Source: an archaeon | GTDB taxonomy: Archaea; Iainarchaeota; Iainarchaeia; Iainarchaeales; 1-14-0-10-31-34 | Assembly: GCA_043819075.1 (NCBI GenBank) | Contig: JBDRFE010000002.1 | Span: forward strand, 114-64,113 | Direction of reading: 5' to 3' | DNA length: 64,000 nucleotides | Part shown: piece after piece, positions 10,075 to 20,026 of the stretch | Layout of the letters: each line of letters begins with the position of its first letter | Position numbering within the stretch: position 1 is the first letter of the stretch | The notes under the pieces: generated by a model | What the model saw: only the letters and a program-made list of their open reading frames with translations | What the model was told of the DNA's origin: nothing | Database searches by the model: none | Program-made: the position numbers and the translations under genes

Positions 10075-12720
10075 TCACTGCTGTTTTCCTTTTTCCCTTA
10101 TTGCAGCCTGTGCTGCTGCTAATCTTGCAATCGGCACTCTGAACGGAGAACAAGAAACATAAGACAAATTCAGTGAATGGCAGAATTCAATTGAAGCAGG
10201 GTCTCCTCCGTGTTCGCCGCAGATTCCCATCTTAATTTTCTGGTTTGTTTTTCTCCCTAATTCAACTGCAATCTGCATTAACTTGCCTACTCCTAAAACA
10301 TCAACTGAAACAAAAGGCGAAACAAGAAGAATTTTTTGTTCAATGTATTTGTTCAAGAATTTTCCTTCAACATCGTCTCTTGAAAAACCAAAAGTTGTCT
10401 GGGTTAAATCATTTGTGCCAAAAGAAAAAAAATCTGCATGCAATGCAATTTCATCTGCAGTCAGGGCCGCTCTAGGCAGTTCAATCATTGTGCCAATTGA
10501 AATTCCAGAGTCAGGCGCAATTTCATTCAAAATTTTTTCAACTAATTTCCTTGAAATCTCTAATTCTTTTGCAATTCCAACTAATGGAATCATTATTTCT
10601 GGCCTTGCGTCAATGTTTTTTTTCTTCAAGTTAAGGAAGGCTTCTGCAATGGCTTTAGTCTGCATTTCAATTATTTCAGGATAAATTATTCCCAAACGAC
10701 ATCCCCTGAAGCCAAGCATTGGATTGCTTTCATGCAATTCATTTACTTTTGCAAGCAAAGCCTTTTTTTCGCTTAAATCTGAAACTAATTTAGAGTCATC
10801 CCTTGAATCAATTACGTGCTTTAAGTCAGAGATTTCCTGAATCAAGTTTTCCCTTGAAGGCAGGAACTCATGCAATGGCGGGTCAATCAGCCTGATAGTG
10901 ACAGGAAAGCCTTGCATTGCCTCTAAAATGCCTTCAAAATCTGTTCTCTGCATTTCAAGAAGCTTATCCAAAAAATGCTTTCTTTCCTTTAAAGAAGAAC
11001 TTAAAATCATTTTCTGAACAATTGGCAGCCTTTCAGGAGCAAAAAACATGTGCTCTGTCCTGCACAAGCCAATTCCTTCTGCACCTAATTCAACTGCTTT
11101 TCTTGCATCAGCCGGGGTGTCAGCATTAGCCCTTACCCCTAAAACTTTTAAGTCATTACTCCATTCAAGGAGTTCAGAAAAAAATTCATCTGGCTCTGGC
11201 GCAATTAATTTTACTTCCCCTAAAAAGAATTCTCCTGTAGCGCCGTCAATTGAAATAAAATCCCCTTCTTTTATTTTAGTGCCGTTAATATTCATTTCTT
11301 TTTTTGGGTAATCAATTTTTAGTTCCTCGCAGCCGACAATACATGGTTTTCCCATTCCTCTTGCAACAACAGCTGCATGAGATGTTTGGCCGCCTCTAGA
11401 AGTAAGAATTCCTTTTGATGCAATCATTCCGTGAATGTCATCAGGAGAAGTTTCATGCCTGACTAAAATAACATTTCCTGTTTCACTTTCTTTTTCAGCT
11501 GAATTAGCGTCAAAAAAAACTCTTCCGCTTGCAGCCCCAGGAGAAGCATTCAAGCCTTTGCCTAAAGCATTCAGTTTTTGGGTTGGGTCAATTCTTTTAT
11601 GCAATAACTGGTTTAAGTCAAAAGGATTAATTCTAAGCAAAGCTGTTTCTTTTGAAATCAGTCCTTCTTCAAATAATTCAACTGCAATCCTTACAGCAGA
11701 CTGGGCAGTCCTTTTTCCATTCCTTGTCTGCAAAAAAAACAGTTTTCCGTTCTCTATAGTGAATTCAGTGTCCTGCATGTCCTTGAAATGATTTTCTAAT
11801 TTATTGCAGACAAAAACAAATTCATTGAAGATTTCAGGCAAAATTGATTTTAATTCAGAAATTTTTTTCGGAGTGCGAATTCCTGCAACAACATCTTCTC
11901 CTTGAGCGTTCATCAAAAACTCGCCGTACAATTCTTTTACTCCATTAGAAGGGTTTCTGGTAAAACACACTCCTGTGCCAGAAGTATTTCCTAAATTGCC
12001 GAAAACCATTTCCTGAATTACAACTGCCGTGCCCCAGTCAGAAGGAATCTTGTTTAGTTTTCTGTAAGTAATTGCCCTGGGGTTATTCCAGGAATTAAAT
12101 ACTGATTTGACTGCCAAAAACAATTGTTCTTTAGGGTTTTCAGGAAAAGGATTTCCTGTCTCTGATTCAATCAAAGCCTTATAAGATTCTATTATTTTTT
12201 CCAAAGAAGCTTCAGTTAACTCAACATCAAGTTTTATTCCAGAAGCAGTTTTTTCTTTTTCTAAAATTTCTTCAAACTTGTCGTGCTCTAATCCTAACAC
12301 AACGTTTCCAAACATTTGGAGAAAACGCCTAAAAGAATCCAAGACAAATCTTTTGTTGCCTGTTTTTTCTGTTAAAGCATTTCTTGCTTTCTCGCTTAAG
12401 CCTAAATTTAATACAGTGTCCATCATGCCAGGCATTGAAGTTCTTGCACCGCTTCTGACAGAAACCAGCAAAGGGTTATCTGAATCAAATTTTTTTCCTG
12501 TTTTTTCTTCAAGAGAATTCAACGCAGAATTAACCTGTTCTTCTAATCCTTCGGGAAAATTGTTTGAATCAAAAAAATTAATGCATGCTTGGGTTGAAAT
12601 CACAAAACCTTTTGGCACAGGCAAGCCAAGCTTGGTCATTTCACATAAATTGCTTCCTTTTCCGCCTAAAAGCTCTTTCATTTCCTTTGAGCCTTCCTCA
12701 AAAAAATACACGTATTTCAA
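10075..12720 (-). CDS. ppdK: Pyruvate, phosphate dikinase
   Basis: LLGGKG.NL, PLLVSVRSGARTSMPGMMDT, GGQTSHAAVVAR (phospho-His), GLCRTEHMF, FSFGTNDLTQ. Probable TTG start at 12720 (KYVYFF). Confidence 0.97.
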   Translation of the reverse strand: MKYVYFFEEGSKEMKELLGGKGSNLCEMTKLGLPVPKGFVISTQACINFFDSNNFPEGLEEQVNSALNSLEEKTGKKFDSDNPLLVSVRSGARTSMPGMMDTVLNLGLSEKARNALTEKTGNKRFVLDSFRRFLQMFGNVVLGLEHDKFEEILEKEKTASGIKLDVELTEASLEKIIESYKALIESETGNPFPENPKEQLFLAVKSVFNSWNNPRAITYRKLNKIPSDWGTAVVIQEMVFGNLGNTSGTGVCFTRNPSNGVKELYGEFLMNAQGEDVVAGIRTPKKISELKSILPEIFNEFVFVCNKLENHFKDMQDTEFTIENGKLFFLQTRNGKRTAQSAVRIAVELFEEGLISKETALLRINPFDLNQLLHKRIDPTQKLNALGKGLNASPGAASGRVFFDANSAEKESETGNVILVRHETSPDDIHGMIASKGILTSRGGQTSHAAVVARGMGKPCIVGCEELKIDYPKKEMNINGTKIKEGDFISIDGATGEFFLGEVKLIAPEPDEFFSELLEWSNDLKVLGVRANADTPADARKAVELGAEGIGLCRTEHMFFAPERLPIVQKMILSSSLKERKHFLDKLLEMQRTDFEGILEAMQGFPVTIRLIDPPLHEFLPSRENLIQEISDLKHVIDSRDDSKLVSDLSEKKALLAKVNELHESNPMLGFRGCRLGIIYPEIIEMQTKAIAEAFLNLKKKNIDARPEIMIPLVGIAKELEISRKLVEKILNEIAPDSGISIGTMIELPRAALTADEIALHADFFSFGTNDLTQTTFGFSRDDVEGKFLNKYIEQKILLVSPFVSVDVLGVGKLMQIAVELGRKTNQKIKMGICGEHGGDPASIEFCHSLNLSYVSCSPFRVPIARLAAAQAAIREKGKQQ

Positions 12721-12818
12721 GCAAATCCCTTTGAAAGAAATGCATAAAGAAAGGGTTTTAAAACAAATGAAAAGAATTAATTTAAATTCATTAAAGAGCC
12801 AAATATTAAAGTGATTAA

Positions 12819-13964
12819 ATGAAAAAACTAAGCATTTTAGGTTCAACCGGAAGTATTGGCTCACAAACACTAGATGTAATAAAACAGCATCCAAAAGAAT
12901 TCAGGGTTTTGGGTTTAGCGGCTTACAATGAAACACAAAAAATATTAGAGCAAATAAAAGAATTCAAGCCGGAAAAAGTCTGCCTTTACGATGAAAAAGC
13001 CGCAGAAGAACTTGGAAAAAAAACTTCAATTGAAGTTGTTTCTGGAATGAAAGGATTAAAAGAAATTGCTGCAATGCAGGAAATTGAACAAACAATTGTT
13101 TCTGTTGTAGGGGCAATAGGAATTGAACCAACAATGCATGCAATAAAAAAAGGAAAAAATATTGCCTTGGCAAACAAAGAAACTTTGGTGGCAGCAGGCG
13201 AGCCAGTAATAAAAGAAGTGAAAAAAAAAGGCATTGTGCTGATGCCAATTGACTCAGAGCATTCAGCTATATTTCAGTGCTTAAATGGGGAAGAAAGAAA
13301 AAAAGTTTCAAAAGTAATTATCACCTGTTCAGGGGGGCCGTTCAGGGGAAAAAAAATTTCAGAATATTATAATGCTTCTCCTGAACAGGCTTTAGGCCAT
13401 CCGACCTGGAGTATGGGGGCAAAAATTACGATTGACTCTTCAACTTTAATGAACAAAGGATTAGAAGTGTTGGAAGCAAAATGGCTGTATGGTTTAAGCT
13501 TAGAAGAAATTGAAGTAATAATTCACCCGCAAAGCTTAATTCATTCAATGATAGAGTTTGTGGATGGAAGCATTATGGCACAAATTGGAACACATGATAT
13601 GCGGACTCCAATACAGTATGCTTTAACCTATCCAAAAAGATTATCAAATAATTTTCCTAGGCTGGATTTAATTCAGGCAAAACAAATGAGTTTTGAAAAA
13701 CCTGATTATGAAAACTTTCCATGCCTTGGCTTTGCATTCGAGGCAGGAAAAAAACAAGGAACTCTTGCAGCAGCAATGAATGCAGCAAATGAAGTGGCAG
13801 TTCATGCTTTTTTAAATAAAAAAATAAAGTATGGAAAGATTCCTGAAATAATAAAACAAGTAATGAATGAACACAAAAACAAGCTTCACCCTGAAATTGA
13901 AACAGTTTTAGAGGAAGACAAAAAAGCTAGAAAAGCAGCTGAAAAAATAATTGAAGAACTCTGA
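12819..13964 (+). CDS. dxr: 1-deoxy-D-xylulose-5-phosphate reductoisomerase
   Basis: ILGSTGSIG, LANKETLV, PIDSEHSAIFQ, SGGPFR, HPTWSMGAKITIDS.TLMNKGLE, NAANE. Confidence 0.97.
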   Translation: MKKLSILGSTGSIGSQTLDVIKQHPKEFRVLGLAAYNETQKILEQIKEFKPEKVCLYDEKAAEELGKKTSIEVVSGMKGLKEIAAMQEIEQTIVSVVGAIGIEPTMHAIKKGKNIALANKETLVAAGEPVIKEVKKKGIVLMPIDSEHSAIFQCLNGEERKKVSKVIITCSGGPFRGKKISEYYNASPEQALGHPTWSMGAKITIDSSTLMNKGLEVLEAKWLYGLSLEEIEVIIHPQSLIHSMIEFVDGSIMAQIGTHDMRTPIQYALTYPKRLSNNFPRLDLIQAKQMSFEKPDYENFPCLGFAFEAGKKQGTLAAAMNAANEVAVHAFLNKKIKYGKIPEIIKQVMNEHKNKLHPEIETVLEEDKKARKAAEKIIEEL

Positions 13965-13970
13965 TGAAAA

Positions 13971-14408
13971 ATGAATGAAACGCCGGAAACAGAAATTTCA
14001 CAAAAATTAATTGAAGAAACAACAGAAAAATACATTAAATCATTGAATGTTTTTGGAAAAGGAGGAAAAATAGCCTTGTTTGCAGGATGGAACAAAAAAA
14101 AAGCATATAGCAATATACCAAGAGGAGAGTCAACAAAAATAGATATTATATCTGAAATCGAAAGAGAAGTAAGGGAAAAAGCAAGTATGCATGAAAAATA
14201 CAGGCTTGAAATAAGGAAAAAAATAATTGAATACATTAAAGGGAACTGGGAAACAGAAAAAAAATTCAATCAAGCAGTAAAAAGGCTTTCAAGAATTGAA
14301 GCAATCGCTAGTTCAAGGGTAATCGGAACTGCATTAAAAAAAATGAATGAAATAAGAAAAAGGGCAAGAGACAGAAAGAAAAGAAATTTAAGGAATAAAA
14401 GAGTTTAA
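13971..14408 (+). CDS. Hypothetical protein with a basic C-terminus
   Basis: 145 aa ORF exactly filling the dxr-ispD gap. Confidence 0.6.
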   Translation: MNETPETEISQKLIEETTEKYIKSLNVFGKGGKIALFAGWNKKKAYSNIPRGESTKIDIISEIEREVREKASMHEKYRLEIRKKIIEYIKGNWETEKKFNQAVKRLSRIEAIASSRVIGTALKKMNEIRKRARDRKKRNLRNKRV

Positions 14409-14413
14409 TTAAA

Positions 14414-15124
14414 GTGAGAAAAATGAATTTTGCGGTGATTTGTGCAGGCGGAAAAGGAATTAGAATGGGGCACGAAAAAAATAAGGTGTTCCTAAAGCTA
14501 GGGGAAAAAGAAATAATTGCATTAACAATAAAAGCGTTTGAAGAAACACCAGAAATAAACGGAATAATTGTTTCTGCAGGAAAAGAAGACATAAAAGAAA
14601 TACAAGAAATTGTTTCAAGAGAAGGCTTCAAAAAAGTTAAAGCAGTGATTGAAGGCGGAGAAAAAAGGCAGGATTCTGTTTGGAATGGAATAAAAAAACT
14701 CAAAGAGATTGCAGGAAAAAATAATATTATAGTGATTCATAACGCGGCAAACCCTTTTGTAGAAAAACAAACAATACAAAAATGCATTAAAGAAGCAGAA
14801 AAGTTTGGTGCAAGCGTTGCAGCACAAAAAGTAAAAGACACGATAAAAAGAGTTGACGAAGATTTAATGGTAAAAGAAACCCTTAACAGAAAAGAATTAT
14901 GGCAGATGCAGACCCCGCAAGCAATAATTTACCATATTGCGGTAAAGGCATTTGAAAAAGCTTTTTCAGAAAACTTTTACGGAACAGATGACGTGCAGTT
15001 AGTTGAAAGAATTCACGGAAAAATAAAAATCGTTGAATGCCCTTACACAAACATAAAAATCACAACAAAAGAAGACTACGAGACAGCAAAAAGAATGATG
15101 AAAGAAAAAACAGAAAACACATAA
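14414..15124 (+). CDS. ispD: 2-C-methyl-D-erythritol 4-phosphate cytidylyltransferase
   Basis: AGGKGIRMG...NK, GGEKRQDSV.NG, DTIK, QTPQ, TDD, NIKITT; MEP gene context. Confidence 0.9.
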   Translation: MRKMNFAVICAGGKGIRMGHEKNKVFLKLGEKEIIALTIKAFEETPEINGIIVSAGKEDIKEIQEIVSREGFKKVKAVIEGGEKRQDSVWNGIKKLKEIAGKNNIIVIHNAANPFVEKQTIQKCIKEAEKFGASVAAQKVKDTIKRVDEDLMVKETLNRKELWQMQTPQAIIYHIAVKAFEKAFSENFYGTDDVQLVERIHGKIKIVECPYTNIKITTKEDYETAKRMMKEKTENT

Positions 15125-15156
15125 GAGAACAGCAAAAAAAGACAAAAGTGAATTAA

Positions 15157-15609
15157 ATGTATAAAAGGCCTGCAAGAAAAAAATATCCCAAGAAAAAACA
15201 GGCAAGGCTGCCTATTGACACAGACGTGCTTCAGAGAATGAGAGAAGCAGAAAAACTAAGAAGACAGAAAGAACAGGCAGACAGACAAAAAGGGTTCAGA
15301 ATAACAGGGGAACCCGCAGAAGGGAGGCGTTCGCTGAAAGACTTTCCTGAACAAATTGGAATGAAAATGTTTCGAAAAGGATCCTGGGCTGCAAGAATTG
15401 AATTTAATGGAAATACCTTGTTGGTTGAGCCAACCCCGCTCAATACACCTAAAAACAAGCCAAAAATAATTGTGAGAACGCCGGAGGGAAATATGGTTGA
15501 ATGCACAGCAAAAACACAGAAAAAAATACTTAAAATTGTTGCAGAAATATGGAAGAAAACACCAAAGAGCGGAAGGCAGGGAGGGCACGTAACCGTGGGA
15601 GTTGTTTAA
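15157..15609 (+). CDS. Hypothetical basic protein
   Basis: 150 aa ORF between ispD and ispF, MYKRPARKKYPKKK start. Confidence 0.6.
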   Translation: MYKRPARKKYPKKKQARLPIDTDVLQRMREAEKLRRQKEQADRQKGFRITGEPAEGRRSLKDFPEQIGMKMFRKGSWAARIEFNGNTLLVEPTPLNTPKNKPKIIVRTPEGNMVECTAKTQKKILKIVAEIWKKTPKSGRQGGHVTVGVV

Positions 15610-15655
15610 ACAACAACAATATAAAAACCGTTTTATACATAATTAATGTGATGTT

Positions 15656-16174
15656 ATGCCGTTCAGAGTTGGATTAGGACAGGATTCCCACAGGTTTTCT
15701 CATGTTCACGAGAAAAGGCCTTTAATGTTAGGCGGGGTAAAAGTTGACGGCCATTTAGGGTTAAAAGGCAATTCTGATGCAGACGTAATACTTCACTCTT
15801 TATTTAATTCTTTAGCACAAATAATCGGCTGGAAAAGCCTTGGAAGCCATGCAGACAAATTATGCAAAGAACACGGAATAACTGATTCAAAAGAATACTT
15901 AAAAGAGCCGTTAGAAAAATTAAAAGAAATGGATTATGAAATAACAACAGTTGGAATAACAATTGAATGCAGCAAGCCAAAAATTGACCCAATATCAGAT
16001 GACATAAGAAAAAGCGTTGCAAAAATTCTTGGAATAGAAGAAGACCAAGTCGGAATAATTGCTACAACCGGAGAAAGATTAACTGCTTTTGGAAAAGGAC
16101 AAGGAATACAGGTTTTCTCTGTGATAACCGCAATACACAAGAACGTGAAAAAACTAGCTGGGAAAAAAAAGTAA
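15656..16174 (+). CDS. ispF: 2-C-methyl-D-erythritol 2,4-cyclodiphosphate synthase
   Basis: RVGLGQDSHRF, LMLGGV, SDADVILH, ATTGERL..FGKGQGI. Confidence 0.9.
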   Translation: MPFRVGLGQDSHRFSHVHEKRPLMLGGVKVDGHLGLKGNSDADVILHSLFNSLAQIIGWKSLGSHADKLCKEHGITDSKEYLKEPLEKLKEMDYEITTVGITIECSKPKIDPISDDIRKSVAKILGIEEDQVGIIATTGERLTAFGKGQGIQVFSVITAIHKNVKKLAGKKK

Positions 16175-16275
16175 TTCGTCTTTTGTCGAAGTAAGGTTTT
16201 TAAATCAACGTAAGCTTTAAATAGTTTGGCGTTGAATAATTATAATTTGCAAAACAGAAAACGGGGTGTAATTTT

Positions 16276-18054
16276 TTGAGTGAAAAAAAACTGCTTGACG
16301 GAATTGAAAACCCAAAAGACTTAAAAAAACTTAAAATAGATGAACTGAAAAAACTGTCAGATGAAATACGAGAAGTTTTAATCCACACCTGCTCTATTAA
16401 TGGAGGCCACATCGGGGCAAACTTGGGTGTTGTTGAATTAAGCGTTGCATTACATTATGTTTTTAATTCCCCTGAAGACAAGTTTTTGTTTGACACCAGC
16501 CACCAGAGTTACACTCACAAAATTTTAACCGGAAGAAAAAAATACTTTCACACAATCTGCATTCCAAAAGGAATCCCAAGGTTTACTGTAAGAGGAGAAA
16601 CAGAACACGATGTCTGGAGCGCAGGCCATGCCTCAACAGCCTTAAGCGGTGCAATGGGAATGGCTGAAGCAAGAAAAAGAAACAAAAAAGAATACGATGT
16701 AATTGCAATTGTCGGCGACGGAGCATTAGGCGGAGGAATGTGCTATGAAGCACTAAACAACATTGGATACAATCAGACAACCTTATTGATTATATTGAAT
16801 GACAACAAAATGAGCATCTCACCAAATGTTGGAGCAATGTACAAGCATTTAAAAAAACTTTCAATGATTGCAGACGACCAAAAACCAAGAAGAGAAGTCG
16901 GAACAATCTTTGAAAAAATGGGAATACATTATTTTGGGCCAATAGACGGCCACAACATTGAAAAATTAGTGCAGGAATTAGAAAGATTAAAAGATCTTCC
17001 AGGGCCAAAACTGCTTCACGTCCTAACCATAAAAGGAAAAGGAATGCCTTACATGGAGAATGACAAGGCATCATGGCATGAACACCCTGCATTTGACATT
17101 GAAACAGGGGAAACAAGCAAAAAAAGCTCTACTTCAGTGGAAAAAATCGCAGTAGAAGACATGATTAAAGCAGCAGAAAAAGACGAAAAAGTTGTTGCAA
17201 TAACTGCCGCAATGCCTGCAGGAACAGGGTTATTAAAATTCGGGGAAAAATTTCCTGACAGGTTTTATGATGTGGGAATAGCAGAAGAGCATGCAGTTAC
17301 TTTTGCAGCAGGATTGGCAGCAGAAGGAGTAAAACCTTTTGTAGTAATTTACAGCCCTTTTTTGCAGAGAGCCTTTGACCAGATAGCACACGACGTTGCA
17401 TTACAAAACCTTCCTGTAAGGTTTATGGTGCCAAAAGCCTCAATAACAGGAGACGGGCCAACACAAGGAGGAATACTAGATTTCAGTTATTTGAGGATTA
17501 TTCCAAACATGATTGTAATGGCCCCAAAAGATGAAAACGAATTAGGAGACATGGTTGTAACAGCACATGAATACGATAAAGGGCCAATAAGTGTAAGGTA
17601 TCCGAAAGGAAGCCCTTTAGGAGTAAAAATAGAGAAATCAAAGGCATTAGAAATAGGCAAAGCAGAAATGATTAAAGAAGGAAAAGACATCAGCTTAATC
17701 AGCATTGGATTTATGCTAAAAGAAACAATGGAAGCCGCAGAATTATTAAAAAAAGACGGAATTGAAGCAGAAGTGATTAATGCCCGTTTTGTAAAGCCAT
17801 TAGATGAAAAAATGCTTTCAGATTCACTGAAAAAAACAGGAAAAGGAATTACAATAGAAGAAAATGTTTTAATGGGCGGGTTTGGTTCAGCTGTATTAGA
17901 AATGCTTGAAGAAAAAGGGTTAAATGAAGTTGAATTACACAGAATCGGTGCACCAGATTCATACATCAGCTATGACAGCCCTGAAAGCATTAAAAAAGAA
18001 TTCGGAATGGATGCAGAAAGCATTGCAAGAAAAGCAAAAGAAATGCTTAAATAA
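16276..18054 (+). CDS. dxs: 1-deoxy-D-xylulose-5-phosphate synthase
   Basis: GGHIGANLGVVEL, HQSYTHKILTGR, GDGALGGG...EALN..LNDN (TPP motif), GPIDGH, DVGIAEEHAV, FLQRAFDQ. Confidence 0.93.
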   Translation: MSEKKLLDGIENPKDLKKLKIDELKKLSDEIREVLIHTCSINGGHIGANLGVVELSVALHYVFNSPEDKFLFDTSHQSYTHKILTGRKKYFHTICIPKGIPRFTVRGETEHDVWSAGHASTALSGAMGMAEARKRNKKEYDVIAIVGDGALGGGMCYEALNNIGYNQTTLLIILNDNKMSISPNVGAMYKHLKKLSMIADDQKPRREVGTIFEKMGIHYFGPIDGHNIEKLVQELERLKDLPGPKLLHVLTIKGKGMPYMENDKASWHEHPAFDIETGETSKKSSTSVEKIAVEDMIKAAEKDEKVVAITAAMPAGTGLLKFGEKFPDRFYDVGIAEEHAVTFAAGLAAEGVKPFVVIYSPFLQRAFDQIAHDVALQNLPVRFMVPKASITGDGPTQGGILDFSYLRIIPNMIVMAPKDENELGDMVVTAHEYDKGPISVRYPKGSPLGVKIEKSKALEIGKAEMIKEGKDISLISIGFMLKETMEAAELLKKDGIEAEVINARFVKPLDEKMLSDSLKKTGKGITIEENVLMGGFGSAVLEMLEEKGLNEVELHRIGAPDSYISYDSPESIKKEFGMDAESIARKAKEMLK

Positions 18055-18110
18055 CTACAAAAAAGGAATAAGAACTTTTTGCTGCAGGAATACTGTTCAG
18101 GGGGGAGAAA

Positions 18111-18548
18111 ATGAAAAATTATTCAAAAGCAATGGTTTTGTTTTTTCTGCTGATGGCGGCAGGAACAGCAAGTGCTGCAATAACAGTTGGTGTTTCAACT
18201 GATGCAGGCACATACAATGTAGGGGATAAAATAACAGTTACAGCCACGGTGTATGACGGCTCAAGCGCACTAAACAAGGTTACAGTAACCACAGCAATAA
18301 GATTTGTTACCACAAGCGTTCGTTACTGGAACGGTTTCGGAAACACAGGAACAGACGGGGCAGTAACCTGGAATGACGCACAAGTAGGGGAAACATGGTA
18401 CAACGGAAAATACAAAGTGACTGCAAGAATTTCAATAAACGGCAAAGTATACACTACAAGCGCTGATTTTGAAGTGAACAACCCGGATTACATTTACGCG
18501 CCTAAACCAAGGCCCAGGCCAAAGCTCCCATTAAGTGTGTGCCCTTAA
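18111..18548 (+). CDS. Secreted Ig-like/beta-sandwich protein
   Basis: Signal peptide ending ASA-A; T/V/G-rich strands (YNVGDKITVTATV, GKYKVTA); Pro/Arg-rich tail. Confidence 0.65.
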   Translation: MKNYSKAMVLFFLLMAAGTASAAITVGVSTDAGTYNVGDKITVTATVYDGSSALNKVTVTTAIRFVTTSVRYWNGFGNTGTDGAVTWNDAQVGETWYNGKYKVTARISINGKVYTTSADFEVNNPDYIYAPKPRPRPKLPLSVCP

Positions 18549-18581
18549 AAAAGGATAACCAAAGAATAAAATTTCAGGGGA

Positions 18582-19421
18582 TTACAGAAAATCCCTTGTT
18601 TTTTTGTATTCAAGTTTTAGTTCAACACAAAAAGAAATAATTTTTTTTCTCTGCTCAGAGTTCAAGCCCTTCCAGTCAAATAAAACCAAATCAGTTTTTT
18701 CTATTGTGGTTGAAAGCATTTGCTTGAATAAAGAAAAATCTGCTTCTTCAACAAAATATTTTGAAAGAATATGAGAAACAGCTATTTCAGTTCTCTCCAT
18801 TATTTTAGAGAATTCAGGGCAGTAATGCGTGCCTCCGACACCTAAAGCGGTTTTAAAATTTGAATTAAAATTGGAAAAAGAATTAATTATTGCAGAAGAA
18901 ACAATTTTTCCTGCAACAGAATTATTCCATTCAAGTTCAGAACTGCCTATTTCAATAAAAACAGCAGGTTTTGACAAAAAAGGACCGTGATGGGTTTGCT
19001 CCATTAAAACAGGCCAGGAAAAATTCCGCGAGGTTTTTTCTTTCAGCAAATTCAAAAAAAAGTTTTTTAAAACAAGAGAAGACGTTTTAACCAGAGTTTT
19101 TTCTTTTCCGCCTAATCCAGCTGAAGAAAAATTTCCGATGGGATGGACTGAAAGAGCAGGCTGTTCTGAAGAACTTGAATGCTTTGAAGCAAAAACAAGC
19201 AAATCAGTTTTAATTTCATCCAAGTAATCAGCAAAAACCTGTTTCTGGTTAATGAAAATCAATTCAAGTTCAGTTCCATTAAAAGAACAAGAATAAACTG
19301 AATTAGAGTCAAACTGTTTTCCTGTTTCAGCAAAATTAAATTCTTTTATTAAATGGCCTGCAATATTCATTCCAGCTGAATCTGTTTTTGAAACAATTAT
19401 TGAAATTTTCTTGAACTGCAT
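18582..19421 (-). CDS. dtdA: Archaeal D-aminoacyl-tRNA deacylase (DTD2)
   Basis: S..D.AGMNI, FASKHSS, LSVHPIGN, E.THHGP, FIEIGS, GGTHY. Confidence 0.9.
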   Translation of the reverse strand: MQFKKISIIVSKTDSAGMNIAGHLIKEFNFAETGKQFDSNSVYSCSFNGTELELIFINQKQVFADYLDEIKTDLLVFASKHSSSSEQPALSVHPIGNFSSAGLGGKEKTLVKTSSLVLKNFFLNLLKEKTSRNFSWPVLMEQTHHGPFLSKPAVFIEIGSSELEWNNSVAGKIVSSAIINSFSNFNSNFKTALGVGGTHYCPEFSKIMERTEIAVSHILSKYFVEEADFSLFKQMLSTTIEKTDLVLFDWKGLNSEQRKKIISFCVELKLEYKKTRDFL

Positions 19422-19436
19422 AAAAAAGAAAAGGGA

Positions 19437-19913
19437 TTACTTGTTTTTATAGCTAGAGGATAACTGAAAAAAAACATCCTCTAAGTTGGCTAAAGTCGTG
19501 TTAATGTTTTTTGTCACATAATGATTAAAGCTTGCCCTTAAATCATCTCTTTCAGCAAAAGGCGCTGGATTAAACAAAAAAGCCTGTTTCTTTCTAACCA
19601 ATAAATCAAAGTCCTTCATCCTGTTCAAATGATACCTGAGAAGTTTTTCAGATACAGTCCTGGAATGCTTTTTTTTGATATAATCCTGTATTGCCTGAAT
19701 AGTAGGAGAAGATTTTTTTGAAAGATTAAGGTAAAACAAGGCATCCAATACATCCAAAACAGTTGTCCTGGATTCTTTTTCAGAAATCAGGCCGAAAGCC
19801 AAGGCAAACCACCGCATCATCGAACGCTTTGTCAGCTTAATGTTTGGAGGAAAATCCATTGCCCTGATAATAAAAGTTTTTCTTACAAGAGAGCTTTCAG
19901 GGAGTTCAGGCAT
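19437..19913 (-). CDS. Winged-helix domain protein
   Basis: W.A..FGL..., LRYHLNRM...DLL HTH-like pattern; ATG at 19913. Confidence 0.6.
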   Translation of the reverse strand: MPELPESSLVRKTFIIRAMDFPPNIKLTKRSMMRWFALAFGLISEKESRTTVLDVLDALFYLNLSKKSSPTIQAIQDYIKKKHSRTVSEKLLRYHLNRMKDFDLLVRKKQAFLFNPAPFAERDDLRASFNHYVTKNINTTLANLEDVFFQLSSSYKNK

Positions 19914-20026
19914 AAAAATCACGGAAAAAGTTTTTTTCCTTTTCAAATAGATTATTCTTTAAAGTATTTATATTTATTGGAGTTAAAAACAAAAAGAAGC
20001 CAAGAAAATAGGTTTAAAAGAAGTTA

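Noticed and set aside
12721..12894. N-terminal extension of ppdK in the ORF track
   Set aside because: Overlaps dxr; family similarity begins at KYVYFF, so a TTG start at 12720 is preferred
15626..15645. Reverse ATTATGTATA copy upstream of ispF
   Set aside because: Reads as a BRE plus TATA promoter (AAAAACCG-TTTTATACAT); not counted as an array site, but it supports the TATA caveat
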